64,000 bases of DNA from Schizosaccharomyces osmophilus (GCF_027921745.1 NC_079238.1:3348001-3412000), one strand, 5' to 3'; positions 24,050 through 36,106 are shown, counted from the stretch's first letter. Notes: generated by a model from the letters alone, not told the origin. Numbers and translations: made by a program.

Positions 24050-25603
24050 TGTGAGATTGGACGGAGAGACAAAAAGGAAATCAAGAAAAGAAAGGGAGAC
24101 GCCGAGTTTATATGAAATTGGATTCGGATTTGTTGAGCAAGCTGTGATTTAGAATACGAATGCAGCGACACAAAAAGTTGGTGTCAGATTTGAGAAATGT
24201 ATTAGAAACCGTCTATTTACAAGGGAAACGAGAAAAGAAATTAGACAAAGGCCAAAAAGAAAACGAAAGGGATTTTTTATTTACGAACAAAAAGGAAAGA
24301 AAAGAAAAACAAAAAATCGAAAGACTTTGGCAAACGTTTTGAATGCAGAAATGAGGAATGGATAGCTTGTCTCCCCTGCTCTTCCTCGAGCAAAAGTACA
24401 CAGGTTGGATGGAGTAGTAGTGGCAGCAAGGATGTAGGATGGGGGTTTCGTTGATCTCAAGAGGTTGGCTTCCCTGCACTAGGAGGACTCGGTGGGGGTG
24501 AGGTTGGATAGGTACATATCATATCAAGAGGGAAAAGACTAGTAGGGCGTCCCCCACAAAACAATTCTCATGTGGGGGATGTAGTAGGCTTAAATGTTGA
24601 AAGAAGAAAGAAATGAAAAAAGAGGGAAAAAAATCACCCAAATCTGAACCTGCCAGATGAAAAAGGAGATTTGGAAAATTGAAAATCAAAGGGAAGCAAA
24701 CCGTCGCATAAGTCATCTACCACATCACTTGACAGCATCATCTTTTTATCATTGAGCAATGGTCTAAGCACTAAAACACCAACCAGGGTTTGGTAATATC
24801 GGAGAAGGATTTTTAAGACGAGCGAAAACAAAGACTACAGCCGGTGATCAACAGACTATAGTTGGATGATGGAAACAAGGAAGAATGAATAAAAAGGGGA
24901 AATTTAAATTAAAAGAGGGCTAGCATAATAAAGAATAAAGAATAAAAAATAAAAAATTAAAATTAAAATTTAAGAATAAATAAAAAAAACCTTTCCTGTA
25001 GCAAGAATCCATAAAAGTTTCATTGTTTACATTTCAAGAAAATGATGGCATCATCATGTACGAAAGAAAAAAAAAACAAACGACTTTTAGTCATGATTGC
25101 AGAAGAAGAAAAACTACGCCAAGAGATTGGCTTTGTAGCTTATGATTTCATTTGATGAATATTAGATGGAAACCATCATCGAACCATGCTCAACAATGGG
25201 ACGGGAGATGCAGCTTTTTTTTTTTTTTTTTTTTTGTTTGTGGCTCGGATCTCGATTTCAACAGTTGGTAATTTCGATAGGATAAAGAAGTCAGTCCCAT
25301 GGATGGGTACTTAACTACTCGGTGATTGAAGTTAATACTACGTACGAAGGCAATTTTCAAAGCGAATAATAGACCATAGTCATGGCAGACACACAAAGGA
25401 GGACAACACCATCCACACAAAGCAAAGCAAGCTAGACACAGTAACCGGGTTTTTTTTTTTTTTTTTTTGTATTTTTCCTTTTTTGTCTTTTAGTATCTGA
25501 AGGAACCATGTTTGGATGGGCGTGACGAGGATTTGCTTACAAATTCAACAAAAGAATCATGACATTTCTAGATCCAGCGATCCAGCACTGAAACATGAAT
25601 GCT

Positions 25604-25679
25604 AAAAAAAAAAAAAAAGAAAAATTAGAAAAAAAAAAAAGAAAAATTAGAAAAAAAAAAAAGAAAAGAAAAAATTAGA
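25604..25679. repeat. Imperfect tandem repeat (A10-15 GAAAAATTAG) x3
   Basis: Three poly-A tracts, each ending GAAAAA(A)TTAG. Confidence 0.75.
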
Positions 25680-26104
25680 TCATCATGGGAATCAACGGTT
25701 TGTCCCTACAAGCCAACCTAACATTTCCTTGATTTGTATCTCCCTGTTGGATTGTTTACAAACAACAGCCACTGCGCGCTCTCTACCGTTACCATATCAT
25801 GAGTTTTAGAACAGATGGGCGCAAAACAAATGAGAAATCTTTTCGGTTGGAAGAAAAATACAAGGCAATAGGAATAAAAGTAGAAAACAATAGAGATTTC
25901 ATGAATCTACATATAGAACAAGTTTTACAAAAGAATAAAATTGAATTAAATGGAATGCAAAAAAATATAAATATAAATATAAATAAAAAACCCATTCTGA
26001 ACCATGATTCAAATGAACCCCAACAACAAACCAAAACAAGGTGACACAAAACAAGGCTTGCTCATAGTCTCGCTCTTGTCTACACGTTCGAGGCTAAAAG
26101 AACG

Positions 26105-26142
26105 GACCAAAAAGACCAAAAAGACCAAAAAAAAAAAAAAAA
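26105..26142. repeat. GACCAAAAA x3 followed by poly-A
   Basis: Direct reading of the sequence. Confidence 0.8.
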
Positions 26143-27641
26143 GTTCTTCCGGCCTAACGACAGTAAAAGCCTTGTAACTGCGATCCAACAGTCAACCAAC
26201 ACAAAACGCAAAAGGGATTGGCATCAAGTTCCAGTAACGCGACTGGAATCGACGTCGTCAACCTCACGTAAATCATGCCCGGTAATTACTACGGTCCCCG
26301 GTAGCATCACTTTTTTGAGGTCCTGGATTATCAAACAAAACATTATACGTCGAGAGGCAAAATCATTCAACTATGTCTTTTTCTATCGGATTTTTCAAAC
26401 TACTTTAAAGCATCTACCTGTTTCCTTTGAAAGTAAACTATTTCTTTGCTTTCTCTTATTTCTTTTTCTTGCTTATTCGAACCCTTTCGGTTTTCCTTTT
26501 ATTCTTCTACATCAATTCTATTTATTTATTTATTTTAAGATTTAGATTTAGAAAGGAAGAATCGTCGGCTTTTTCCTCTGTCCCATTTCCATTGGATTTG
26601 TCGACACACCCTTTTTGCTTTGTTTCTACCTTCTTCTCCTCTCTTTCTTTTTTACTTTTTTTTTGTTTATTTTTCCCTTCAACTTACTTGCGGGCTTGTA
26701 TATCCATCCCATCCCGCCTCCTTTGATTTCGATTCTCTTCGCAGGCTTTGATAAAATTTTATGTAGTGTGATTGTTTTTCCATCGCAAATTGACTCCATT
26801 CCATCATAGAAAAGCCACCGAAATCTCGAACTTATTTTTGTCTTTTTTCTTTTTTTCTTTATTCCTTTCGGCTTTTGAATCCACTTTCCGCTGTTGATTT
26901 TATTGTCCTATTTTACGAAACCTTCCGAGCTGTTTACCGGAAATTTCCTACTCCATTTCAGTTTTTTTCTTTCTCCTCTACGTTTAAGAAACTTGCTGGA
27001 AAGGTAAAATTAAGTTTTCAAACGGTACTCTCTTGTTGCTTCCTGTTTTCAAAACTTTCTTTTGTTGGAAAGCAGTCCTTTCTTGGCCTTTGGAAGCCAC
27101 CGTATAGACCCGTTTGTACTTTTTCTGTTATCGAACATTTCCTTTCTTCTTTTTTCTTGAAAACTTGAAAACCAAAAACCTTGTAAACTTTTTGTTTTTT
27201 TTTTCTACAAGGTTTGTTTCAGCACCTTTTTTTTTCGCTGAACCTCTTCTTGTTTGTTTTCTTTTTTGCTTCCTGTTTGAAGCTTTCTTTCTCCTCTGCA
27301 CTTAAAAGTGTTTACGTACTGCGGCTTCGTTGGCTTCTTTCCTTTCCTACGTAGTTTTACAGTCGTACTTTGACCTTGCACGTTCTGGAAACATTCGTGC
27401 TTGGATTCCTTTTTTTCGCTTCCTTTCGCCCAGTGTTTAGCAGTTTTTGCAAATTGCTCTTTTTTTTTTGTTTACCGTTTTTCGCTTTATTTCTCGGTTT
27501 CGTCCCAAAGTCGTTGTCACATGTTTATTTAGCTGTTTGTTTTTACCTTTTCCCGTATCTTTACTGTTTTTTTGACGTTTTCTTTTCTACTCCATTCCTC
27601 GTTTGTCACTTGCTACTTGTTTCTAGCCTAGTGTTGAGAAT

Positions 27642-29768
27642 ATGAATGCCTACAAACGTCGTAGGAATCAGGCTCCCGATTGGCAGTCTTATTATAAAAA
27701 TGGCGTTCCTCAAGAAGTCATCGTGATCGAGGATTCTGCTTCTCCTCGTCTTTCTCCTGCCTTGCCTGCTTACCCCTCTCACCCAATACAACGCTGCTTT
27801 GCTCCCGCTGCTCCTCCTTCTATGTCTTCTCCATCCATGAATGCTCCCCTTTTACAGCCTTATCCTTTCCAAAATCATCTTCCCTCTGACTCCCGTTCTT
27901 CCCGTCCTCTTTCGAATGCCTCTTCTCACCTTTCTCATCCGTATAATCCTTGGCTAGATTACAATGCTGCCCTTCCACATCCCTATACTACGGCCGCTCC
28001 ACAACCTCCTCCAGCCCCTTCATCTGCCTTTCTTGTTTCCTCTTCCAACGCTATCCCATCTTATCCTCATCCTCCTTATGTTCCGCTCTCTAATATGCCG
28101 CTTCGTCCCCCTGCGCAGCATCAGGCACCTTCTGCTCCTCAACTTTTGAGGCCTCCTGTTTCTGCTGTCCATTCCCCTGCTCCTCCTTCTGTTAACCAGC
28201 CTTTCCCCGTTTCTCCTTCGCAACCAGTATTGCCCCGGATTTCTTTAAATTCGTCAAATGCTTCCTACCCAAAAATGCAGCTTCCTCCCGTGCAGCACCA
28301 CCATAAAGAAAATCAATATGATTTGCCCGCTTCCTACCCTTCATTCTTTCCTTCTCATGTCTCCCCCCATCAAAACAATGGTCAGATCCTTCCTGCTAAT
28401 CCCGTAAATCAAAAGCCTAAGGAGCAAGTCAATTACTCTTCCATTCCTAATTCTGCTTCGACGGCACAGGCTGCCATTCCTCTTTCTCCGACTTTAGCCG
28501 TCTGGTTACCCATGACTCAAACTAATTTTCAACCTCCTCCAACTTATACCTATCAGCCCTCTAATGTTACAAACGATTCTATGGTCGTCCCTGATCCTCC
28601 TCCGCCTGCAAAACCACCTCAGCCTAAAAAGCGGAAGCGTAATACCAACTCAACGAAAAAAGTCAATTGTGTCAATGTTCCCTTAGTAGCTGATAAGTTG
28701 AACCTAAATTCTTCCGTTTATGATGATGATGATGGTCATTATAAAGTAATTCCAAATACCAACTTTGCGGAAAGATATACGGTCATTCGGCTATTGGGTC
28801 ATGGTACTTTTGGGAAAGTAATCCAGTGTTATGACCAGGTTCAGGGTAGACATGTTGCTATTAAGGTAACTCGAGCAATTCCAAAGTATAGGGAGGCAAG
28901 TCTTATTGAACTTCGTGTTCTTCAAACAATCTCTCAAAATGACCCTACAAACGAGAATAAATGTATTGAGCTGAAAGACTATTTTGATTACCGGAAACAT
29001 ATCTGCATCGTTACTGATCTTTTTGGTTGGAGTGTTTTTGATTTCCTAAAAAACAATAATTACATACCGTTCTCATTATTTCATATTCAGTCTTTGGCCC
29101 ATCAACTATTCAAGAGTGTGGCTTTTTTACATGAAATAGGTTTGGTACACACAGATTTGAAACCGGAAAATGTTTTGTTGGTTTCGAATGCATCTAAGAA
29201 TGTCCGTTTGCCATATCGGAATTACTCTCAAAAGATTCTTAATAATACCGAAATTCGGTTGATCGATTTTGGCAGTGCTACTTTTGAGGATGAATATCAT
29301 TCTAGCGTGGTAAGTACACGACATTATAGAGCACCTGAAATTATTCTTGGTGTAGGATGGTCCTATCCATGTGATATTTGGAGTTTAGGCTGTATTATAG
29401 TTGAACTTTTTACTGGACAAGCTTTGTTTCAAACTCATGAGGATAATGAGCATTTGGCTATGATGGAAAAGGTTATCGGTCCTTTCAGCTATGACTCTAT
29501 TTCTAGGGGAAGTCGTTCAACACAAAAGTTTTTCAGGACAAACGGATCCATAAAGTACCCCATGTCTAATACACCAAAAAAAAGTATTGCCTATGTAGAG
29601 TCATTACAAAGTTTGGATCAGTTATTTTCCAGTACTACCTCGTCAGGTATAACTCTACTTTTGGATCTTTTAAGGAAAATATTTGTTTATGACCCCGCAA
29701 AACGGATTACTGCAAAGGAGGCTCTGTGGCATCCATTTTTTAGTAATGCTTTACCTCCTAATTTTTAA
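27642..29768 (+). CDS. lkh1: LAMMER dual-specificity kinase
   Basis: EHLAMMEK signature, HTDLKPEN, DFGSA; Pro/Ser-rich N-terminal half; conserved N-terminal KRRRN..PDW..YKNGVPQEVIVIED. Confidence 0.96.
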   Translation: MNAYKRRRNQAPDWQSYYKNGVPQEVIVIEDSASPRLSPALPAYPSHPIQRCFAPAAPPSMSSPSMNAPLLQPYPFQNHLPSDSRSSRPLSNASSHLSHPYNPWLDYNAALPHPYTTAAPQPPPAPSSAFLVSSSNAIPSYPHPPYVPLSNMPLRPPAQHQAPSAPQLLRPPVSAVHSPAPPSVNQPFPVSPSQPVLPRISLNSSNASYPKMQLPPVQHHHKENQYDLPASYPSFFPSHVSPHQNNGQILPANPVNQKPKEQVNYSSIPNSASTAQAAIPLSPTLAVWLPMTQTNFQPPPTYTYQPSNVTNDSMVVPDPPPPAKPPQPKKRKRNTNSTKKVNCVNVPLVADKLNLNSSVYDDDDGHYKVIPNTNFAERYTVIRLLGHGTFGKVIQCYDQVQGRHVAIKVTRAIPKYREASLIELRVLQTISQNDPTNENKCIELKDYFDYRKHICIVTDLFGWSVFDFLKNNNYIPFSLFHIQSLAHQLFKSVAFLHEIGLVHTDLKPENVLLVSNASKNVRLPYRNYSQKILNNTEIRLIDFGSATFEDEYHSSVVSTRHYRAPEIILGVGWSYPCDIWSLGCIIVELFTGQALFQTHEDNEHLAMMEKVIGPFSYDSISRGSRSTQKFFRTNGSIKYPMSNTPKKSIAYVESLQSLDQLFSSTTSSGITLLLDLLRKIFVYDPAKRITAKEALWHPFFSNALPPNF

Positions 29769-30168
29769 TTTGAAATTGGAATCTTTTCTGGTCCATAGGA
29801 GTCATTCTTTTACCGTTCGTATATATAATGATCATCACAGGATAGTAAAACACATACCAGATTGTGTTTTTTACTATTTATTTACCCGCTTGTATTTTAT
29901 TCAATGTAAAAACATTTTAATGAACACTATCGACAATTTATATAACTAATAGATTATGATTATGGTTGAAAGCTATAAATAAAACTCTCGTTTTTTACTA
30001 CATTACCGTGCGTAACGACTTTTGATCTAATTTGCATGCTATCCTCCCAAAAGAAAAAAAGAGTTGTTATTAAATCTTAAGACTTAATAGACTTTATAGA
30101 CTTAAATCGTTTACAGGACATTTTCAGCTCGTAAACCTCTTGCTTCATGATATTCGTTTTTTACCCTT

Positions 30169-32597
30169 TTAACAGTCAGTGACACCATCATCGGTAAATA
30201 AATGGGCCAAAGGCTCTATATAATTCCTAAATTTTGGAATTTCATACGCTTTAAAGCACATGCCATCAAATGCCAAAGCAACATTTAGTTGTTGATCGGT
30301 GAGATTCACTTCAGGCAACTTTGGATATCTTTGGCTAAAATGTGTTAAAATGATGCTTTTTGCATTCATACGTTGGCCAACTCTTAAAGCTTCACTATAG
30401 GTAGAATGTTGTTTCCGTACAGCTATCTCCTGCATAGAATCCTCCAATGTAGCTTCATGAATAACAACAGTAGCACCTGTTCCTATTTCGATAAATTCTT
30501 CTGAAGGTCTGGTATCTCCAGAGTAAGCAATTTTCCATCCCTCATTACCTGTAAATTGCGTGCAATACGAAAATGGGCAGTGCACTGCTGCAACGGTTTC
30601 AAAGGAAGCGAAGTCAAGTTCCTGTAAAAGCATTCGATACTTGATTTGATCGGCATCCGTTAAAGATCTGTCTCGTCGGACAGCACTATTGGAAAGAAAT
30701 ACTATTCTGGACAGGTCCAGCTTGTCTAGTTTGGAATAATCTTCTAACCATGATTCAAATTGAGGGGGACCACATAAAAATAACTTAGAAGAAGTACTTG
30801 ATATCGAAAACCAGAGCTTTAGGACTCCAATTACACCAGCGTGATGGTCAGCATGCATATGAGAGATATAAATCCACTTCAATGATGAAATCTCATCATT
30901 TAGACTATCACCATATTGTCTTGCTAGTCTTCCGAGAGTACCTTCACCACAGTCAAGTAAAATATTGTTCGTAGAACTGACAACCTTGGCAGAATCATTG
31001 TCCCGGCCTGATGTTCTTTTGGGAATTTTAACGAAATTGGAAGAAACGTTTCTGTATAATGAAGGCATTGCTGAGCCAGTGCCCAAAGTACAAAACTGTA
31101 TTTCAGAGCCTGCAAAATCTTTTGGAAGATTAAGAGAGCTATTCAAGAGTTGAGATTTTGTAACCAAACCCTTATAATCTGGTTTTTCTTCAGAAATGTT
31201 ATTTCTTAGCTGCGACACATCCATTCCAGCTTCTGGGTACTCTATCCCGGGGTTTTTTCCAAACATAAATTTCATCTTTGGACATGCAATAACAAACCCA
31301 TCTCTCTTTAAACTATCCAAGTTTCCTTGATGACAGTTTTTACCGAGCGGAAATGAACTATCATCCAACATGTTCAAAGCTGTGATTGCAGAGGCACTCC
31401 TTGGATAATTAACTGTTTCTATTGCTTTTGTAGGTGACAAGATATTGGAAGCTTTGGTAGATAACGAAGTGATCCATTGTTTGTATTTTTGGTTATTGAA
31501 AACTTCATCCGAAACTGAGTGTATAATACAAACCGGCTCTGGAGCAGTTGACCATTGAGGCTGCTGAATTAGGTTGTCAATTAAAGATTCGTGTGTACAA
31601 TGGATAAAGAAGAAAGTTGATCCTGGGACAGGAGAACCTATAACATCATCAGGGTAAACAGTTGAGCCATTATCTAAAGTTATTGATTCACCTTTAGCTA
31701 ATTTTCCACAATCAACACCTTTAGTGATACCCAAAGACTTTGCTTTTTTCGCATCAAACTTTCCTGGAGAAGGATGAGACTGCACGATATAAGAGATGAA
31801 AATTTGAGGACTTTGTTCTTCCAATGGGGGAGGAGTATTATATAATGCGTTGTCGACCACAAAGGCGGTATCATTCGAAGAATGGGTAAACCAGTGAGGT
31901 GTAGAATCGGATGTAGCAGAGGTTGTGTCAGTGCTGGATAAAGCAGGACTGTCAGAGTACTTGCGTTTTCTTCCGCTTGACGGCAGAGAAATTACAACAG
32001 GTGTTACACGAATATTCTCGTCGACATATTCAGGGGCTGAAGAAGCAGTATATCCTTGGATGGTTAAATCCACATTAGTATGGTAAGTAAAGTGACGCAT
32101 ACAAGACATATAATAGTGTATTTCGCTTGGTCCATGAAGGGTGAAAGGGTTTTCACCCTGAGGAAGATCGCACGCATCATTCATGGATAACAGAAAACCT
32201 ATGATTATTTAGCTACCGCACCGCTTGACAATCTTGAAAAACTATGCATACCTATTAGTCCACCACAAGAATCCCACCAGTCAACCTTTGAATTACTCTC
32301 GGTATTCGTTAAAGGGCCAGGGCTTGAAACCGAAGAGACTGATGAAGAGGATAAAGAAGAAGGAGATTCCAAGAGGACACGACCTCCATGACATAAAAAA
32401 ACATCCTTTATTTTTGAGAGCTTCAATTGCTGCGATAGAATGGCTCTCTGGCATCCTTCGCCTATGCTTCCAAAAATATATCGCTTAGAATCAAAAAACA
32501 GATGAACGCAAGGAATAACTGAAGTATCTCGCGAGTTCACAGTTAAAAACTGGAGGTGAAAGTTTTTTGTTGCACGAAAGGTCGGATTTTTAGACAT
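30169..32597 (-). CDS. trz1: Nuclear tRNase Z (ELAC2); exons 32597-32252, 32198-30169
   Basis: HMHADHH motif II, LGTGSA, DCGEG, YSGDT, HEAT, THFSQRY; RKRK NLS; GTATGC..TAG intron. Confidence 0.93.
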
Positions 32598-33406
32598 TAT
32601 AAAACTGCAAAGGAATATAAGAAATATACAAACCAATATGTACCCGACGTAACAAAAAAAAGCCTTTTTTCTATATATTTATGGAGAAACCTGAATCTAT
32701 CACTGTAGAACAATGTACACTTCACCAGCTGCCCAATCTCTAACTATGAGACAGATATTTTAATTTTAGTAGACGTTAGTATCCAAGCAATGCAGTTTTG
32801 ATCTCCTTAGCCTGAATATCTTACGCATGCATTTATGGACTATAGAAATAAAGGTATATAGCAAAATGTCTAGGATTGTGAAACAATGAGAATGTGCTTT
32901 TTTTATGTTAGTGGTAGCGAAATATTTAAGTTCGCTACAGGGCAGAAAAATAAAATGGAAGATTACTTATACGCGTAAACAAAAGAAACATGGTATAAAA
33001 AAAAATAATAATGACACGTTCAATTTTTCTATAGTAAACGATTCATTAATTCATTAAATTAAGAAAAAAATAAAGGAGAAGTTTTCAAATTAATAATACT
33101 TACCAATACAATCTGTAAAAACTAAAATTGCAGTTACCGAAAAGAACGATGAAGGCACCAAATTCATGTAAATGAGAGTTTGAAGGGTACTTATTTTTTT
33201 ATATTTGATTAAACTATATTTTAAAACCGTATTGAATTGGATACCTGAGATTCCCTTACAGCTATGGTGCTTTCTATGTTTTATTTACATTGTATTATAG
33301 TTATGTCGATATTAAATATCTTCCAGACACTCAACCATAATACGATGTCATAGTGTCTTTGGCAATTTATGCTAACAACTATCCATATCTAGAATCGAAG
33401 TTGAAA

Positions 33407-34277
33407 ATGGGAAATGATGGTAAGATATATAAAAGGTTTTAAAGAAGGATAAATAGTTTACTAACAAAAACAGGAGGTTCCTTACCAACGCGAAATGAGT
33501 TAGTCAAAGAGCCACCAAAAACGCGTCCACTTGACATTGATTTTAAGCGTTCTTTGAAGCAATCAAAAATTACCCAGTGCTCAATAACCGGCGATCCTTT
33601 GTCACCGCCCATCGTTTCTTGTGGTCTTGGAAGGTTATACAACAAAGCGACAATATTGCAAATGCTTTTAGATCGCAGTAGCGTCCCTGAAGCACCTAAT
33701 CATATTCAGTCGCTGAAAGACGTTGTCGATCTCCATGCTGAGCAAGACGAAGAAAACAAAGTATTATGGGTGTGCCCCATCACAAGACATGAAATGTCTA
33801 GCGCCTATCAATTTGCTTATATCGTCCCCTGTGGCCATGTCTTTGAAAATACTGCAGTAAAAGAATTTGGAGAAAATAATTGCTTTCAGGTTTGTGAAAT
33901 GTGAGTTATTAATGTACTAACCACTTGTCAGTGTAATGCTCCTTATGAACAAGAAAATATAATCCCCATTAATCCCAGCGGTGAACAAATACAGGCATTA
34001 AGTAAACGTTTAATAATGCTTACAAAATCCGGAAAATCCCACAGTCTTAGTGTGAAGAAGGTATGTTGATTCGTTTTTGTAGTGCAGCTAATAACCTATC
34101 CAGTCATCAAAAAAGCACAAGAATCCAGAGAAAAAAAGGAAAATTTTTAATGATTCTGACGAAGTACCGTCACTTACATCTGTCGATTCAGACTCTTCAT
34201 TGAGAAAAAAAAGCAAGTCTGATTTTGAAGGCAATTCAAATTCCGAGTCCGCCAGAAAAGAACGGATTAAGGCATAA
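33407..34277 (+). CDS. rtf2: Replication termination factor Rtf2; exons 33407-33419, 33474-33889, 33932-34060, 34104-34277
   Basis: MGNDG|GSLPTRNEL N-terminus, LGRLYNK, CPIT..PCGHVF..CFQ|CN RING-like motifs. Confidence 0.93.
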
Positions 34278-34682
34278 TATCTTCATTTTTTATTCACTTG
34301 CATATACCTATTACAAACTGTATTTATTTCATTTAATGTATATACTACTTGGAAACTGAGGATAAATCACCAATACATTCCGTTGACGCATTTGTAACAA
34401 TTCTTGGATTTGAGATTACTACGTAACACTTCCAAATGGTGACCGAAAAGCCTCCCTCCAAAAAAACAAACAAACAAAAAAGCTTGATATTCCGCAGGTG
34501 AAAAATTAAAGTTTTATATAAGCACAGCATGTACTCGTCTGCTGTCTTACTAGCAAGAGAAATTATAAACATAATAACATCAATCAATTATATAGCAGAA
34601 AAGACCGTATTGAAGAAAAGATTTGTAAAACGAAAGCCATACACTAAATCACAAGCGCTTAAAGGTATTACCATTAAGCGGT

Positions 34683-36106
34683 CTACTTCGTTTTCTTTGG
34701 ATTTTTTCTTTGTTCAATATCCATACCGACAAGTGCGTTAGAGGCGTTGACAAGTTGGACGACATTGATCAATTGCTTGGCAAAACAGATGGGCCCACAA
34801 AGCACCGTCAAAAGGGTAGGATAAGAAAGTGGTAAGTAGCCAGTTGAATAGACAAAAGTAGGTACACGGACGAAACCTAATTTGGGAGGAGAAGCTGGCG
34901 TGAATGAAAGCAAGTAAAGTGCGACAAAAAACATTTCGTTTGCGGCGCAAAAAACGAAAAGAACGTTGTTGTTACTATAATACATGCGTAACAACCAAGA
35001 ATGTTTGTTTGTCATTGATTTATGAGATTTGGCACCTTGATGGATTGTGCTATACATGTGCATGTAATGACTGGCAAGGTCCAAACTTACAAGCAACTGA
35101 AAGATAATAGCATACTTCGGATACGCAGCACAAAGGAAACAGAGCAAACATGAAGTTGCGCATCTGTCAGTGACCATGTCTAGGATGGCACCAAAATTAG
35201 TAGACTGATTCAGCTTGCGGGCTGTCCAACCATCAAAGGCATCTAATAAACTAGAAAATAAATACAGAATCGTGCAATAATTTGGGTGCCATGACATGAA
35301 ACACAACGAAATCAAAACCAAAAAAACTCTAGTAAATCCTAATAAAGTTAGAATGAATCTTTAAAAACGTCAATCTTAAAGGTGCTTGAAAAAAGGGCGA
35401 TACGTGGTAAACCGAGACTGTCATTAAAATGTTTTTGTTCAATGTACAGCGTATAGCATAAAAAGGCTATTAGCAAACACCAAACAAAAGGCAAGCATAA
35501 GATAGAAAAGTATCGGAGAAAAAAAGTTTTGATCGAAGGATTGTAGGAAACTGCATTATAGTTTGTCCGAGCAAACATTGACTGGCTTATAATCGGAATC
35601 CGTATACTATGTTTCTAAAGAAAGCGCAACCTCAATTTTGTGAAGCTCCTTCTTTTCTGTAGAAAACTCGTAGTATGCTATCCTAAAAGTCCTTAAGATT
35701 GTCTTGATACGAATCAATCGCAGGATAGCTCATTTATTAAGGGTTGTTTACATAAATCCAACTTATATCCAGTAATAAAAAAGCAATGCTCAGGTCATTA
35801 CCTATACCGGTAGCACACTTTGGTAAAACTCTTGGAGTCGAATCGCCGGTTATTGTTGTTTTTTGTGATCAAACCATACTCTTATCCCCATAACTTCTTA
35901 CTAAATCAAACCAACTTTCAGGACATTTCCTATATCCAATTTCCTCAAACAAACAACTTGACATTGAATCAAAAGCATCTTCCTCGTTTCTTAAACACGC
36001 CCTTAAGATGTGACGACAACTAACATATAGATATTTCAGGAAACTTACCAATTAGATTGGGAGCAAACAAATAGACATTGGGATCCTTTTCTACTTTTTC
36101 TACCAT
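34683..36106 (-). CDS. pis1: Phosphatidylinositol synthase; exon 1 36106-36049, 710-nt intron 36048-35339, exon 2 35338-34683
   Basis: NVYLFAPNLIG|FTRV joined in frame; CDP-alcohol phosphotransferase motif DAFDGWTAR..FGAILDMVTDR. Confidence 0.93.
35607..35730 (-). ncRNA. Candidate intronic box H/ACA snoRNA in the pis1 intron
   Basis: Hairpin GCTATCCTG/TAGGATAGC, immediately followed by H box ATACTA; second hairpin TTCTA-AGAAA..AGCTTCA/TGAGGTT..TTTCT-TAGAA, then ACA. Confidence 0.5.

Noticed and set aside
26315..27645. Overlapping Phe/Leu-rich ORFs that look like membrane peptides
   Set aside because: TTG-start artefacts of T-rich leader composition, which is depleted of stop codons
35721..35729. 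GCTATCCTG in the candidate snoRNA is complementary to 25S rRNA CAGGAUAGC next to a known pseudouridine region
   Set aside because: These bases form the hairpin lower stem and the opposite pocket strand does not match the flanking rRNA, so it is not accepted as a target
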